From positions 35,588,001-35,652,000 of the forward strand of contig OZ024742.1 of the NCBI GenBank assembly GCA_964016885.1: DNA of 64,000 nt, given 5' to 3'. Numbering within the stretch: position 1 is the first letter of the stretch; each line of letters starts with the position of its first letter. The notes under the pieces were generated by a model that was not told where the DNA came from, ran no database searches, and saw nothing but the letters and a program-made list of their open reading frames with translations. Origin of the DNA: Eledone cirrhosa (Eukaryota). The translations under genes and the position numbers were made by a program. This document shows positions 41,352-52,320 of the stretch, piece after piece.

Positions 41352-44300
41352 CTATAGTCTGATGTAGAGTGAAGGCCCATTCACACGGGCCATTCTCGCC
41401 ACTTTCACCCATCTTTCATAGAAACGGCTGGGGTGCAGCACCTCTCTCTCCATCCTGATCCTTCTTCCGAAATGATATCGGAAGAAACGGACCAGTTGTT
41501 GGCCAGAGAGAAAGGTGCCCGACCTCAGTCCTTTCAGACGCGTCCACCATACAACCTCTTTCGCCATGGCTATTACGCACAGAAACACCGCCTCTGCTTC
41601 ATCTTTGAAGGGGGGAGGCGGCTTGATCATTACAATAGACTCGGTGGTCAACCGGATCGGTCCCACCCTTGACAGCAGTTGTTCGACATAGCCCCACAGA
41701 TCGGCTACGCCCGAGCAGTGTACTAATGCGTGTGCAACGGTTTCCTCGTCGCACACGCATCTGGGACAGATCTTTTTGGCGGGGTCCCTACCCGGGCGCC
41801 CGTGTCTGTAGAGCCTTTCTCGAACGGGTAAAGCCCCTCGGTAGCACTGCCAGGCCAGGGACTTCTGGAAGTTGTCCATAGGTCCCGGGCTGAATGTCCT
41901 ACCGAACAGGCTGGCCAGTTCGTCCTCCTCCATGTCTAGGGCTTCTCCGAGGGCGTCGTCGCACCTGCTGCGTACCAGCCCTCTATAGAATGTTGCGGTG
42001 GAGTCTCCACTGATAACCGGATCCGCCTGCCAGAGGGCGGTGAGCGCCTGGGCACACTCAGTGTGCCAGGCGCCCAGTTTTCTCGGTCTTTGCTTGACCC
42101 AGGATTGCAGCTCGGTGAGTGAGACGAGTCTGGGAAAGGTTCGTCTCACAAACGAGGCCCACACCGGTTGTCCGGTGAGGAATACGTAGAGGTGCCGTAG
42201 CCTTAATGCGTGTTTACGCATCATTAGCCACGGCATCCCCAGCCCTCCTTTCGAAGGGTGTTGACAGCAGATGGATCTCCTCACCATAGGAGCCCGCCTC
42301 TTCCAAAGGAATTGGAAGAGCGCGCGCTCCATCTTGGTGAGGGTTTCCCTTGGGCAGGGCACTACGGTCAGGCGGTAGTAGATGACGGACGCTATGTAGG
42401 TGTTCGCCACCTCCGCCCGGCCTTTCAGGGATAGTTTGCAACTGGCCCACTTCTGGGTCAGTGCAAACACCCTGTTCGTAACCTCCGCCCAGTTTTTCTC
42501 CACCTGGAGGTCCGGTCCGAACCAGACCCCGAGCAACTTCACCGGGCCCTCCGTCCAGCGTCCGACGACGCTATCGGAGGGCATCGGTCTGCCCCTCCAC
42601 GTGCCGAGTTGCAAACCGATCGACTTGTCCCGGTTCAGCTTAGCCCCTGTGAACTTTTCGTACTCCTCCAGTAAGGTGCCGACCGCCTCGATTTCGGAGG
42701 CCGTCGACACCATTACTGTCACGTCATCGGCGTAGGCCGACACCGCTTTCCGCAATCCCGGTTCCAAAGGGATGCCCTGCAACAACTCCAACTTCCGCAG
42801 TAGTGGCTCGAGAGTCAACACATACAGAAGGGAGGAGAGAGGGCACCCTTGTCGGATGGACCGCGCGATTTTGAACGGCTCCGAGAGGTAGCCGTTCACC
42901 TTGACCCTAGAGCAGATGCGGCTGCTGTGCATAGCAGTGATCCAGCCCCTGAAAACGGGTCCGAAGCCTGCCGCCGCTAGCACCGCATCCAGGTAACCAT
43001 GGTCGACCCTATCGAACGCCTTAGATTGATCCAAGTTGATCAGAGCCCCACCAAAGCCGGGTTCGTTCCCAACCCTCTCTATGATGTATCGCATGAGGTG
43101 GAGGTTGTCATGGATGGACCTGGACGGGATAGCGCATGTCTGCGCATCTCCCACCAGGTTGCCCACGACAAGCGCCAACCTCTTTGCTAGCACCTTGGCC
43201 AAAATCTGTAACTCTGTATTTAGCAGTGTTATGGGCCTGAAGTTACTTATTTCGTCCCCCTTGTTCTCGTCCTTCCTCACTAGCGTGACTACGCCCTTGG
43301 TCACAGTACAGGGAATTCTCCCGTTCTGTTGCCAGTTGCAGTAGACCGCCTCGAGGAGATCGGGGAACAAGTCCGGCATAGCTAGATATAATTCGTAAGG
43401 AAGACCATCGAGACCCGGGGATTTGCGTTTGCCGCATTGGCTCAGCACGTCCTCTATCTCAGCGGCCGAAATCGGCTCTTCGCAGGACTTCGCCTCCCTG
43501 TCCGAGAGGCGCGGCAGGCCGTCGAGGTATGGACCGAAGTCCACGTTCCCAACCGGCTCCCCGCCCCTCCCGAACAGTCGGGCAAAGTGCCTTTGAAAGG
43601 CCTCACACATCTGCTTAGGCTCAAGAATCGCCCGTCCATCCAGGTCTCGCAAAGACCGGATGGTGGATTTAGTTCCACTGTTGGCCTCTGTCACGCGGGC
43701 CCAGCTAACAGCTTTGGTCCCCTCGTTCCCTAGAGCACGTATTTTACTTCGGACAACGCAGCCTTCGTGCTTCGCGTCGAAAAACTGGCTCAAAGCCGTT
43801 CTCGACGCTAGCACTCTGGCCACGTCGCCGCTTCTAATTGCCTCTTCTACTCTATCTATTAGCTCCCTTTCCTTCCTATTCCTATCCGCAGCTAGAACCT
43901 TACTAAATTCTATCGAGACTACTCTAATCTCTCTCTTTAGAGATACCCACCACCTGCTGTTGACGATCGCTCCAGTCAACCGTTCCTTAACTAACGTACT
44001 AATCCGATTCCTGTAGGCTCTACTTGCCGGCAAGGACAAGTTGAGCTTCCAGTAACCGGGGCCCTGTCTATGAGTTCTGTCAAGGTTGACCATGCAGGTC
44101 ACTAATTTGTGGTCTGAATAGCCAACAATGCGCATTTTTGGACAACTTAAAAAGTCCTTATCCTTAATTCTAACTAAGAACCTATCTAGGTACGACCTAG
44201 ATGATCCGCTACGATTTGCCCAAGTCCAGGTTGGCGCAGTCGGAAAATCTAGTCGATATCTATCGGCCAGGTCAAATCGACCGATTAACCCTTTGAGGCT

Positions 44301-44789
44301 ATTACACCCCTCTCTATCGGGGCAGGCCCCTACGTAGTCCCAGCGTGCATCTAGGATACCATTCCAGTCCCCCACTAATAGCAAGGAGCGGGACGTCCCT
44401 AGAAAAGTCTCCAGACGATGGAAGAAGTCCGGCCGCATTGACCCGAAAGGGCCGTAGGCAGCTACCAACCTAAACGCTCCGCCTTTACCACTGCCAAGGT
44501 CCAGAACCACTAGTCGACCCTCCGGGTCCAAATGTACCATCTGTGTTGCGAGACCCAGATGTTTTTGCAGCAGAACGACAACTCCACCCCCACCTCCGGG
44601 CTGACAGAGAGATGCGTGCATCTCAAAGTCATCAAAGGTGGGGGCCAGCTGTCGCACGTTGCTGATCCGGGCCTCGCAAATAACCATCACATCTATACGT
44701 TGTGACCTGAGGTCATTTAGAAGCATTGCTTGCTTCCAAGTTGAGCCCAGGCCACGCGCATTTAAACAGCCTACTCTTAGCATAGCCAT
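41352..44789 (-). CDS. Tx1 ORF2: APE, RT and C-terminal zinc finger
   Basis: LNARGL, GDWN, SYLDRF, SDH, KSPGLDG, NFRPITLLN, DQSKAFDRV, RQGCPLS, AYADD, CPRC...HALVHC; first ATG at 44789. Confidence 0.95.
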   Translation of the reverse strand: MAMLRVGCLNARGLGSTWKQAMLLNDLRSQRIDVMVICEARISNVRQLAPTFDDFEMHASLCQPGGGGGVVVLLQKHLGLATQMVHLDPEGRLVVLDLGSGKGGAFRLVAAYGPFGSMRPDFFHRLETFLGTSRSLLLVGDWNGILDARWDYVGACPDREGCNSLKGLIGRFDLADRYRLDFPTAPTWTWANRSGSSRSYLDRFLVRIKDKDFLSCPKMRIVGYSDHKLVTCMVNLDRTHRQGPGYWKLNLSLPASRAYRNRISTLVKERLTGAIVNSRWWVSLKREIRVVSIEFSKVLAADRNRKERELIDRVEEAIRSGDVARVLASRTALSQFFDAKHEGCVVRSKIRALGNEGTKAVSWARVTEANSGTKSTIRSLRDLDGRAILEPKQMCEAFQRHFARLFGRGGEPVGNVDFGPYLDGLPRLSDREAKSCEEPISAAEIEDVLSQCGKRKSPGLDGLPYELYLAMPDLFPDLLEAVYCNWQQNGRIPCTVTKGVVTLVRKDENKGDEISNFRPITLLNTELQILAKVLAKRLALVVGNLVGDAQTCAIPSRSIHDNLHLMRYIIERVGNEPGFGGALINLDQSKAFDRVDHGYLDAVLAAAGFGPVFRGWITAMHSSRICSRVKVNGYLSEPFKIARSIRQGCPLSSLLYVLTLEPLLRKLELLQGIPLEPGLRKAVSAYADDVTVMVSTASEIEAVGTLLEEYEKFTGAKLNRDKSIGLQLGTWRGRPMPSDSVVGRWTEGPVKLLGVWFGPDLQVEKNWAEVTNRVFALTQKWASCKLSLKGRAEVANTYIASVIYYRLTVVPCPRETLTKMERALFQFLWKRRAPMVRRSICCQHPSKGGLGMPWLMMRKHALRLRHLYVFLTGQPVWASFVRRTFPRLVSLTELQSWVKQRPRKLGAWHTECAQALTALWQADPVISGDSTATFYRGLVRSRCDDALGEALDMEEDELASLFGRTFSPGPMDNFQKSLAWQCYRGALPVRERLYRHGRPGRDPAKKICPRCVCDEETVAHALVHCSGVADLWGYVEQLLSRVGPIRLTTESIVMIKPPPPFKDEAEAVFLCVIAMAKEVVWWTRLKGLRSGTFLSGQQLVRFFRYHFGRRIRMEREVLHPSRFYERWVKVARMARVNGPSLYIRL

Positions 44790-44813
44790 GTTGGTGGTGA
44801 AGAGAAAAGGCAC

Positions 44814-46592
44814 TTACCTCTCTGCGTCCCGGGTATCGGGCTGCACAATTTCCATTAGGGTGGGGGATGGGTTGTTGGGTGGGGTGGTGGTTTGTGGAAG
44901 TGTGGGGGCATCAGTGTGTTGTGTGGTTGGGGAGCTTGGAGTTGTGAGGGTGTTTGGGGAGGGGGTGGGATAGTTTTTTAGGAGGACGCGGTTAATGGGC
45001 CCGACGCAGGGGGGACCCACGTCCTCTTTAAAATTGTTTTTTAAAGTTTTATAGGTGTCCTGTGGGGCCTTAATCATTTTGAGGTGGGGGAAATCCCCTG
45101 CCTGGGTGAAGTTAGGCCCTTGTGTTTTTATTAGATTGTTGTTGTACACAATGTTTAACAGTTTTTTGTTTCTTGTATTTATGTATGTGTATGCATGTTT
45201 TTGTTTTTGTGTGGTGTTTTTTGTTTGCTGTTGTGAGCTCTTTTGTGTTGGTGTCAGTGTTATGTTTTGGGGAGGGTTTTTTTTCATTTGTGTGTCTGAG
45301 GTGTGTTTTCTTTTTTTTCTTTTGATTGTGTGGAAGTGCTCCTCCTCGTCTGACGACGAACTAGGGTCATCTTCCGCGTTGGAGGGGAGGGGTATATTTT
45401 CGGGTTGTGTTTGCGGTACGGGTGTTTTGGAAATTGTTTTTGTTTTTTGAGTGGAGGGGATGGGTTGGACATTGTTTTGTTTTGGTTTGAGCTGTGGTGG
45501 TTGTTTTTGTAGTGGTAGTTGTGGTGATTGTGTTGGTTGTGCAGCTGTTGGTGGTGTAGGCAGGATTGGGGTTTTCTTATTAAGTTGGGGACAGACAGCC
45601 CTCAGGTGACCTCTGGTTCCGCAGAGGTAACACGAGGGCCGTCTACCCTCAACGGTAATGTTGATGAAGGTTAGATCATCCAGTATGACGCGTTCAGGGA
45701 TCTGGGCGATCCTTTCGGGCCTCATTTGAACTACAAGTTCGAGGCTCGTTCCACTGAACGCGTCACCCGATGCCTTTCCCATGGACACCAGCATGTCATC
45801 CTCCAGGTCCAGAAAACCTGTCAAAACCCACCATATGTCCATAATCGGCAGGATGGTGTGGATTTTTATTTTTTGTGTTCTTCTACCCATGTACGTAGGG
45901 TAGAAGGTGTATGCGGTGGATGTGATTGGTTTGATGGACAGTTTCACTGCTGTGTCCCTGTCCTTCATGAGAATGGATAGACTCCCGTAGAGTCTATCCT
46001 TCTGAATGAAGGTGATGTCCTTCATGACGTCTTTTAAAACCAGCTCTATCTCGCTCTGTGATGGTTGAGCTGGTTTTTTACTTTTGTTTGAGATTGTCCT
46101 AAACATGACCGTGTTTAGGAGTCTCTGGCTTTTTAGTTCCGGGGGGGAATGGATTGTGAATGAACCATTTTCCCCGTACACTATATATTTTTTCGCATCC
46201 GCCAGTAGCTCCTTCGCTTTTGTTATATCTACTGGCAGATAGTCGAGGGTTTTCCTTGTCGTCTCGGCGAAGGAGAAATTTTGTTTGTTTGTGTTGTTGT
46301 TGTCGTTGGTGGTGTTGTTGTTATCATTGTTGTTGTTGTCACCGTTATTGGTCTTGTTGTTGTTATTGTTATTGGTGTTGTTTTCGTCCGTCGCATTGTT
46401 GTTGTTGCTGTTGCCGCTGGTTCTTTGAGTTGTTGCCATGGCAACGTCAAGTTGTCGGTTAACAGGTGGAGAGAATTCTTCCTCTGGCTGACCTTTCTTC
46501 TTGACCTCTGCTACTGTGACAGTGGCAGGGGGAAGCTGTAAGTTCATCTTCCCCTTTCCTCCTTCGAATTTTGGTGAAGAAGCTTCGGCCAT
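44814..46592 (-). CDS. Tx1 ORF1: gag-like protein with CCHC knuckle and low-complexity N/Q/P/T regions
   Basis: 592-aa ORF directly upstream of ORF2; CYLCGTRGHLRAVC. Confidence 0.88.
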   Translation of the reverse strand: MAEASSPKFEGGKGKMNLQLPPATVTVAEVKKKGQPEEEFSPPVNRQLDVAMATTQRTSGNSNNNNATDENNTNNNNNNKTNNGDNNNNDNNNTTNDNNNTNKQNFSFAETTRKTLDYLPVDITKAKELLADAKKYIVYGENGSFTIHSPPELKSQRLLNTVMFRTISNKSKKPAQPSQSEIELVLKDVMKDITFIQKDRLYGSLSILMKDRDTAVKLSIKPITSTAYTFYPTYMGRRTQKIKIHTILPIMDIWWVLTGFLDLEDDMLVSMGKASGDAFSGTSLELVVQMRPERIAQIPERVILDDLTFINITVEGRRPSCYLCGTRGHLRAVCPQLNKKTPILPTPPTAAQPTQSPQLPLQKQPPQLKPKQNNVQPIPSTQKTKTISKTPVPQTQPENIPLPSNAEDDPSSSSDEEEHFHTIKRKKRKHTSDTQMKKNPPQNITLTPTQKSSQQQTKNTTQKQKHAYTYINTRNKKLLNIVYNNNLIKTQGPNFTQAGDFPHLKMIKAPQDTYKTLKNNFKEDVGPPCVGPINRVLLKNYPTPSPNTLTTPSSPTTQHTDAPTLPQTTTPPNNPSPTLMEIVQPDTRDAER

Positions 46593-46830
46593 TTAAAAAA
46601 AAAATATTGACTTTTCAACAAGAAAAAACTTTTTTTTTGTTTAACTATTTCGCCTAAAGGCGTAGAATATTTTGAGAGACTGACCAGATCAAAGTTTGAC
46701 CTGGCAGTCCCTCTACAAAATGGTACAAAAATTAAAGTTATCAGACAAGAATTTCTATAGAAATTTAAACAGAACTTACTCAGCAAGTTATACGCGTGTG
46801 TCCATCCCAGAGATAGATATAGATAGATAC

Positions 46831-46870
<40 letters not shown>

Positions 46871-46879
46871 CCAGCTAAC

Positions 46880-46949
<70 letters not shown>

Positions 46950-46950
46950 C

Positions 46951-46986
<36 letters not shown>

Positions 46987-46995
46987 CCAGCTAAC

Positions 46996-47042
<47 letters not shown>

Positions 47043-47072
47043 CCAGCTAACTAGATAGATAGATAGATAGAT

Positions 47073-47347
47073 AAGTTTCTTTATTAGTCACAGGGGCACA
47101 AAAAGAAGGGGACAAATACAAAGGGGGAAGTTTACATACAATAAAAACGTGTAAAATAGTATCACAATTGCAATTTAAAAATGAATCGATTTTTCCCCAA
47201 TAGGGGGAGACATTACATATGGGTTGCACATACCCCCGAAAAATGTGCAGCCCTCATCTCCAGGAGTACGAAGAGTGAGCACCCGTTTCCTCTTTTTCCT
47301 CAACCTACTCGCTGATATAGAGAGAAGGCCTATTCACTCGGGCCATT
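47073..47347 (-). mobile_element. Tx1 3'-end fragment in (GATA)n
   Basis: Matches 55005-55286; GATA repeats on both flanks. Confidence 0.85.
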
Positions 47348-47560
47348 AGATAGATAGATAGAAAGATGTAGATGGAAGTTGTGCCTGGAGCAATAATAGT
47401 TGTAGAACACCCAGAATGATCTTCTATGTGCAACCATATAGGGTGGGTGTGATGGGTGTAGAATTATGTGAGAGGCGACATACATTTATAGATCAGTATA
47501 GTATCATTCAGAAAAAACCACAAGGACACAATTAACAGTAACGAGAATGTACTACAACGG

Positions 47561-47628
<68 letters not shown>

Positions 47629-47765
47629 GTATAAAGATATGCATATCAATAACTAGTACGAAAACAATGGGAACATTCACAAAGTGACATAGATGTGTAT
47701 CTATGCGCATACACCCAAAAGTATATAGACCGACAAATAGTTAAATATATAACACTTGTAAATGC

Positions 47766-47799
<34 letters not shown>

Positions 47800-47802
<3 letters not shown>

Positions 47803-48234
47803 GAAGTTATATTTAATTTGTTGGGATTCCAACAAACATAAATGGTATAGACCACTCAACAAGTTACTGGAGTAAATATTCAATATATTAATAAATGGAA
47901 ACTATATTTATAAAACCATAATTATTTTATTATATATATTTCAAAGGCGACCAAGTCAATCTTGGTGCGCTTTCATCAGATAAAATACAAAATTTGTTTT
48001 ATAAATAGTGACATAACCATGGAAAACAACCTTGACGGTTGAAAATTCGCTGGATAGTCAGCGAATTTTCAACCGTCAAGGTTGTTTTCCATGGTTATGT
48101 CACTATTTATAAAACAAATTTTGTATTTTATCTGATGAAAGCGCACCAAGATTGGCTTGGTCGCCTTTGAAATATATATAATAAAATAATTATGGTTTTT
48201 ATAAATATAGTTTCCATTTATTAATATATTGAAT
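47800..48234. mobile_element. Palindromic PLE-like element with two opposed hammerheads, in (TA)n
   Basis: ~175-bp arms 47878-48052 and 48059-48234; hammerhead on + at 48124-48188 and on - at 47923-47987. Confidence 0.8.
48124..48188 (+). ncRNA. Type I hammerhead ribozyme
   Basis: tattttat CTGATGA aagcgcaccaag-attgg-cttggtcgccttt GAAA tatata TA ataaaata. Confidence 0.8.
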
Positions 48235-48377
48235 TATATATATATATCTTATACAATATCCGTCTGCGAAAAGTTAAACACGTCTTTTCGACTTGGACAC
48301 ATATGTAGCGCGAGTTTGTAAAGCTTGGACTATTTTAAAACATACACACATTCTGTAATATATTAAAGGTCTGACAA

Positions 48378-48570
48378 ATATTAAGTTCTCCTAAACGCAG
48401 ACACAAGTGCACCACCCACACACATAAACACACAAACACACATACACACACATGTGTCCAAGTATATATATATATATATATATATATATACTTGGACACA
48501 TGTGTGTATGTTTGTGTGTTTGTGTGTGTGGGTGGTGCACTTGTGTGTGCATTTAGGAGAACTTAATATT
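48378..48570. repeat. Inverted repeat centred on a (TA)n tract
   Basis: aatattaagttctcctaaa...gtccaag(TA)n cttggac...tttaggagaacttaatatt. Confidence 0.85.
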
Positions 48571-48889
48571 GGTCGTTTCTATGGCTGTGCGGATAATGGT
48601 TTAACCATCGTCTCAGTGTTTTTGGCCTTTTAACATATGTTGTAGCTCTGGTTCGTTAGAATCTATTGAGCGCTTGCCACACATCTCGGAAGTTGTTTTT
48701 CGCTAATTTCCAATAGCCGAAATACGATTCTCGCTAATTTATATTTGTATTAATCTCCAGAGTCTAGCTATTGACCAGTTAATTTTCTTGATTTTTCTAG
48801 TTGATTCTATTGACTGATGAATAGCTTTTGTTAACTTTAAAACCATTCTGTTGAGAACTTAATTCGTTTTATATTTTGCAATTTTGTAA

Positions 48890-49075
48890 TAATTGTTTCT
48901 ACTTTTGGCACAAGGCCAGCAATTACCCAGTACATTACTGGTACTTTATTTTATCGACCCCGTAAGGATGAAAGGCAAAGTTAACCTCGGCGGGATTTGA
49001 ACTCAGAATGGCAAGGGCCGTAACTCTATACGTCAAAGTATGGCGTCCGAACCTCTACCGACGCTGCCAATCCAA
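48890..49075 (-). mobile_element. SINE
   Basis: Full head, core and tail. Confidence 0.85.
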
Positions 49076-49533
49076 TACACATACTGAATTCATCCGCCAA
49101 AAATAAGGGTTGCCTCCCTTGTCGAGCCCCACGTGGGTATTGGTAACGGTCAATCCTTGGCCTGGTACTTGAACTAAAGCCTGTTGAGAAAGTGACTTCC
49201 TTGTTCAATCATCTTACCAAAAGTTTAACATGATTTCTCTAAGCAGACAGTACTTGATTTAGGAGTCGCAGAAACCCAATACTGGATATTACCAACCATC
49301 CAGGGGTCCGGGTAAATTTTTCAATCATATTTTTTTATTTGTTTGACCCGAATTACTTGGTCGTTTCTATGGCTGTGCGGATAATGGTTTAAGCATCGTC
49401 TCAGTGCGTTTGGCCTTTTAACGTATGTTGTAGCTCTGGTTCGTTAGAATCTATTGAGCGCTTGCCACACATCTCGGAAGTTGTTTTTCGCTAATTTCCA
49501 ATAGCCGAAATACAATTCTCGCTAATTTATATT

Positions 49534-49585
<52 letters not shown>

Positions 49586-49589
<4 letters not shown>

Positions 49590-49779
49590 AACAAGTAAGA
49601 CCCCGACGGCTGAGCTCAAGCCGTTTCGACGGCTAATTCTGGAGTCCAGAATTAGCTGTCGAAACGGCTTGAGCTCAGCCGTCGGGGTCTTACTTGTTCC
49701 TATTACCCACTCTACTACCCTAAGTATTGAGTACTTTGGTGCGTTATGGTCCACCTGGTTCCTTACCACATTTGCTTCG

Positions 49780-49781
<2 letters not shown>
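49586..49781 (+). mobile_element. Palindromic PLE-like end carrying a hammerhead 3' half
   Basis: Near-perfect hairpin 49586-49702; GAAA cggct-tgagctc-agccg TC ggggtc at 49661-49689; (TA)n flanks. Confidence 0.7.
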
Positions 49782-49823
<42 letters not shown>

Positions 49824-49878
49824 TTGGACACTCATGTGTCTGTGTGTACATCGATATATCTATGCATGTGTGTGTGTG

Positions 49879-49950
<72 letters not shown>

Positions 49951-50237
49951 TGCGTGTAGGTGGTGTATTTGTGTCTGGAGAACTTAATATTTTCAGACCT
50001 TTAATGTATTATAGAATTAAACCCAAATCTCTTACGATGAAACTTTAGAAATGTCATTACTTGAATCATTATATACTCCAAGAGATCTTCAACAGTTCCA
50101 CTTTAGATATAAAATGGCAGAACGTGGGTATCATTAATGATACCGATACTGTTAAACACTATTGCGCACTTAATTATTTATTTCCAAAGTTATAGGACTC
50201 TTGTGAACAATAAAATAAATCATCATTATTACTTCTA

Positions 50238-50860
50238 AAGGGCGGTGGATTGGCAGTATCGGTAGAGCGTCGGACGCCATGCTTTGACGTATAGAGTTAC
50301 GGCCCTTGCCATTCTGAGTTCAAATCCCACCGAGGTTAACTTTGCCTTTCATCCTTACGGGGTCGATAAAATAAAGTACCAGTAATGCACTGAGTAATTG
50401 CTGGCCTTGTGCCAAAAGAAGAAACAATTATTATTATTGTTATAAGGGTGGTGGTTTGGTAGTATCGGTAGAGGGTCGGACAACATGCTTTGCAGCACAG
50501 AGTTACGCCCCTTTCTGATCTGAGTTCAAATCCTGCCGAGGTTAACTTTGCCTTTCATCCTTACGGGGTCGATAAAATAAAGTACCAGTAATGTACTGGG
50601 TATTTGCTGGCCTTGTGCCAAAAGAAGAAACAATTATTATTATTGTTATAAAAGCGGTACATTAGCAATATCGGTAGAACGTCATACAAGCTTTACAGCA
50701 TAGAGTTACGTCCCTTTACGTTCTGAGTGCAAATCCTACCGAAGTTAGCTTTACCTTTCATCCTTACGAGGTCGATAGAGTAAAGTACCAGTAATGTACT
50801 GGAGTTGATTTCCTCAACTAACCCCTTCCTCAAAATTATTGACATTGTACCTCAATCAGA
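50238..50860 (+). mobile_element. Three head-to-tail SINEs
   Basis: Repeated head, core and tail. Confidence 0.85.
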
Positions 50861-50928
50861 AGCTGTTGTTACTGCGGTTGTTGTTGTTGTTGTTGTTGTT
50901 GTTGTTGCTGTTGCTGTTGTTGTTGCTG

Positions 50929-50970
<42 letters not shown>

Positions 50971-51053
50971 TGTTGATTCTGCTGTCACTGTTGTTGCTGT
51001 GGTTGGTGTTATCGACTTCATACTATCAACTTCAAACTGACGACTGTTATGTC

Positions 51054-51378
51054 AACTTACAGGGTCCATTATTAAGTAACGTCCCTAACTTACAGGGTCC
51101 TCCATTGTAGGGTAACGTCCCTAACTTACAGGGCCCTCCATTGTAGGGTAACGTCCCTAACTTACAGGGCGCTCCATTGTAGGGTAACGTCCCTAACTTA
51201 CAGGGTCCTCCATTATAAGGTAACGTCCCTAACTTACAGGGTCCTCCATTGTAAGGTAACGTCCCTAACTTACAGGGTCCTCCATTATAAGGTAACGTCC
51301 CTAACTTACAGGGTCCTCCATTATAAGGTAACGTCCCTAACTTACAGGGTCCTCCATTGTAAGGTAACGTCCCTAACT
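51054..51378. repeat. 36-bp minisatellite, about 9 units
   Basis: aacttacagggtcctccattgtagggtaacgtccct. Confidence 0.95.
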
Positions 51379-51489
51379 TTATCAAAATATGACCCTCCCC
51401 ACCTAATTGTTTCTCACATTCGGGATATTAATCTGACATGAATCAGCGACATATTAGTTTGACCTTTTTACTGGAAATAAAAGACCCGC

Positions 51490-52300
51490 TGTTGGTGGTG
51501 GGGGTAGTGGTGTGGTGGTGCTGGTGTGGTGATGTGGTGGTGGCGGCGGTGTGGTGGAAGTGTGGTGGTAGTGGTGGTGGTGTGGTTGTGTGGTGGTTGT
51601 TGTGTTGGTGGTGGTTATGGTGGTAGTGGTAGTGGTGATGGTGTGGTGGTGTGGTGGTGGAGTGGTGGTAGTGGTAGTGGTGGTTGTAGTGGTAGTGGTC
51701 GTAGTGGCGGCGGTGTGGTGGTTGTGGTGGTAGTGGTGGTGGTGTGGTTGTGTGGTGGTGGTTGTGGTGGTGGTGGTTGTGGTGGTAGTGGTGGTTGTCG
51801 TGGTAGTGGTGGTGGTGTGGTGGTTGTGGTGGTTGTCGTGGTAGTGTGGTGGTAGTGGTGGCTGTGGTGGTAGTGGTGGTGGTGTGGTGGTGTGGTGGTG
51901 GAGTGGTGGTGGTGGTAGTGGTGGTTGTAGTGGTAGAGGTTGTGGTGGCGGCGGTGTGGTGGTTGTGGTGGTAGTGGTAGTGGTGGTGGTGTGGTGGTGG
52001 TGGTCGTGGTGGTTGTGGTAGTGGTGGTGTGGTGGTGGTGGTGGTAGTGGTGGTGGTGTGGTGGTGGTGGTGGTTTTGGTGGTGGTGTGGTGGTGTGGTG
52101 GTGGTGTGCTGGTGGTGGTTGTGGTGGTAGTGGTGGTTGACGTGGTAGTGTGGTGGTGTGGTGGTGCGGTGGTGTGGTGATGGTAGTGGTGGTGATGCTA
52201 TTGGTTATAGTGGTGGTGGTGATAGTGGTGTTGGTGGTGATGAAGGTAGGCATGGTTGTAGTGTTACTTGAGTATGGTGATGGTATTGCTGAGGGTGGTT
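51490..52300. repeat. (GGT)n low-complexity tract
   Basis: Direct reading. Confidence 0.9.
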
Positions 52301-52320
52301 TGAGTTTATTATTGATATTG

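Larger units (their letters stand above)
41088..46810 (-). mobile_element. Full-length Tx1/L1-clade retrotransposon in (GATA)n
   Basis: Two intact ORFs; AATAAA-type 3' end fused to (TATC)n; GATA arrays on both sides. Confidence 0.93.

Noticed and set aside
51047-51385. Repeat protein (KLGTLPYNGGPC)n or neuropeptide precursor
   Set aside because: No signal peptide or dibasic cleavage sites; a 36-bp unit keeps the frame open by default
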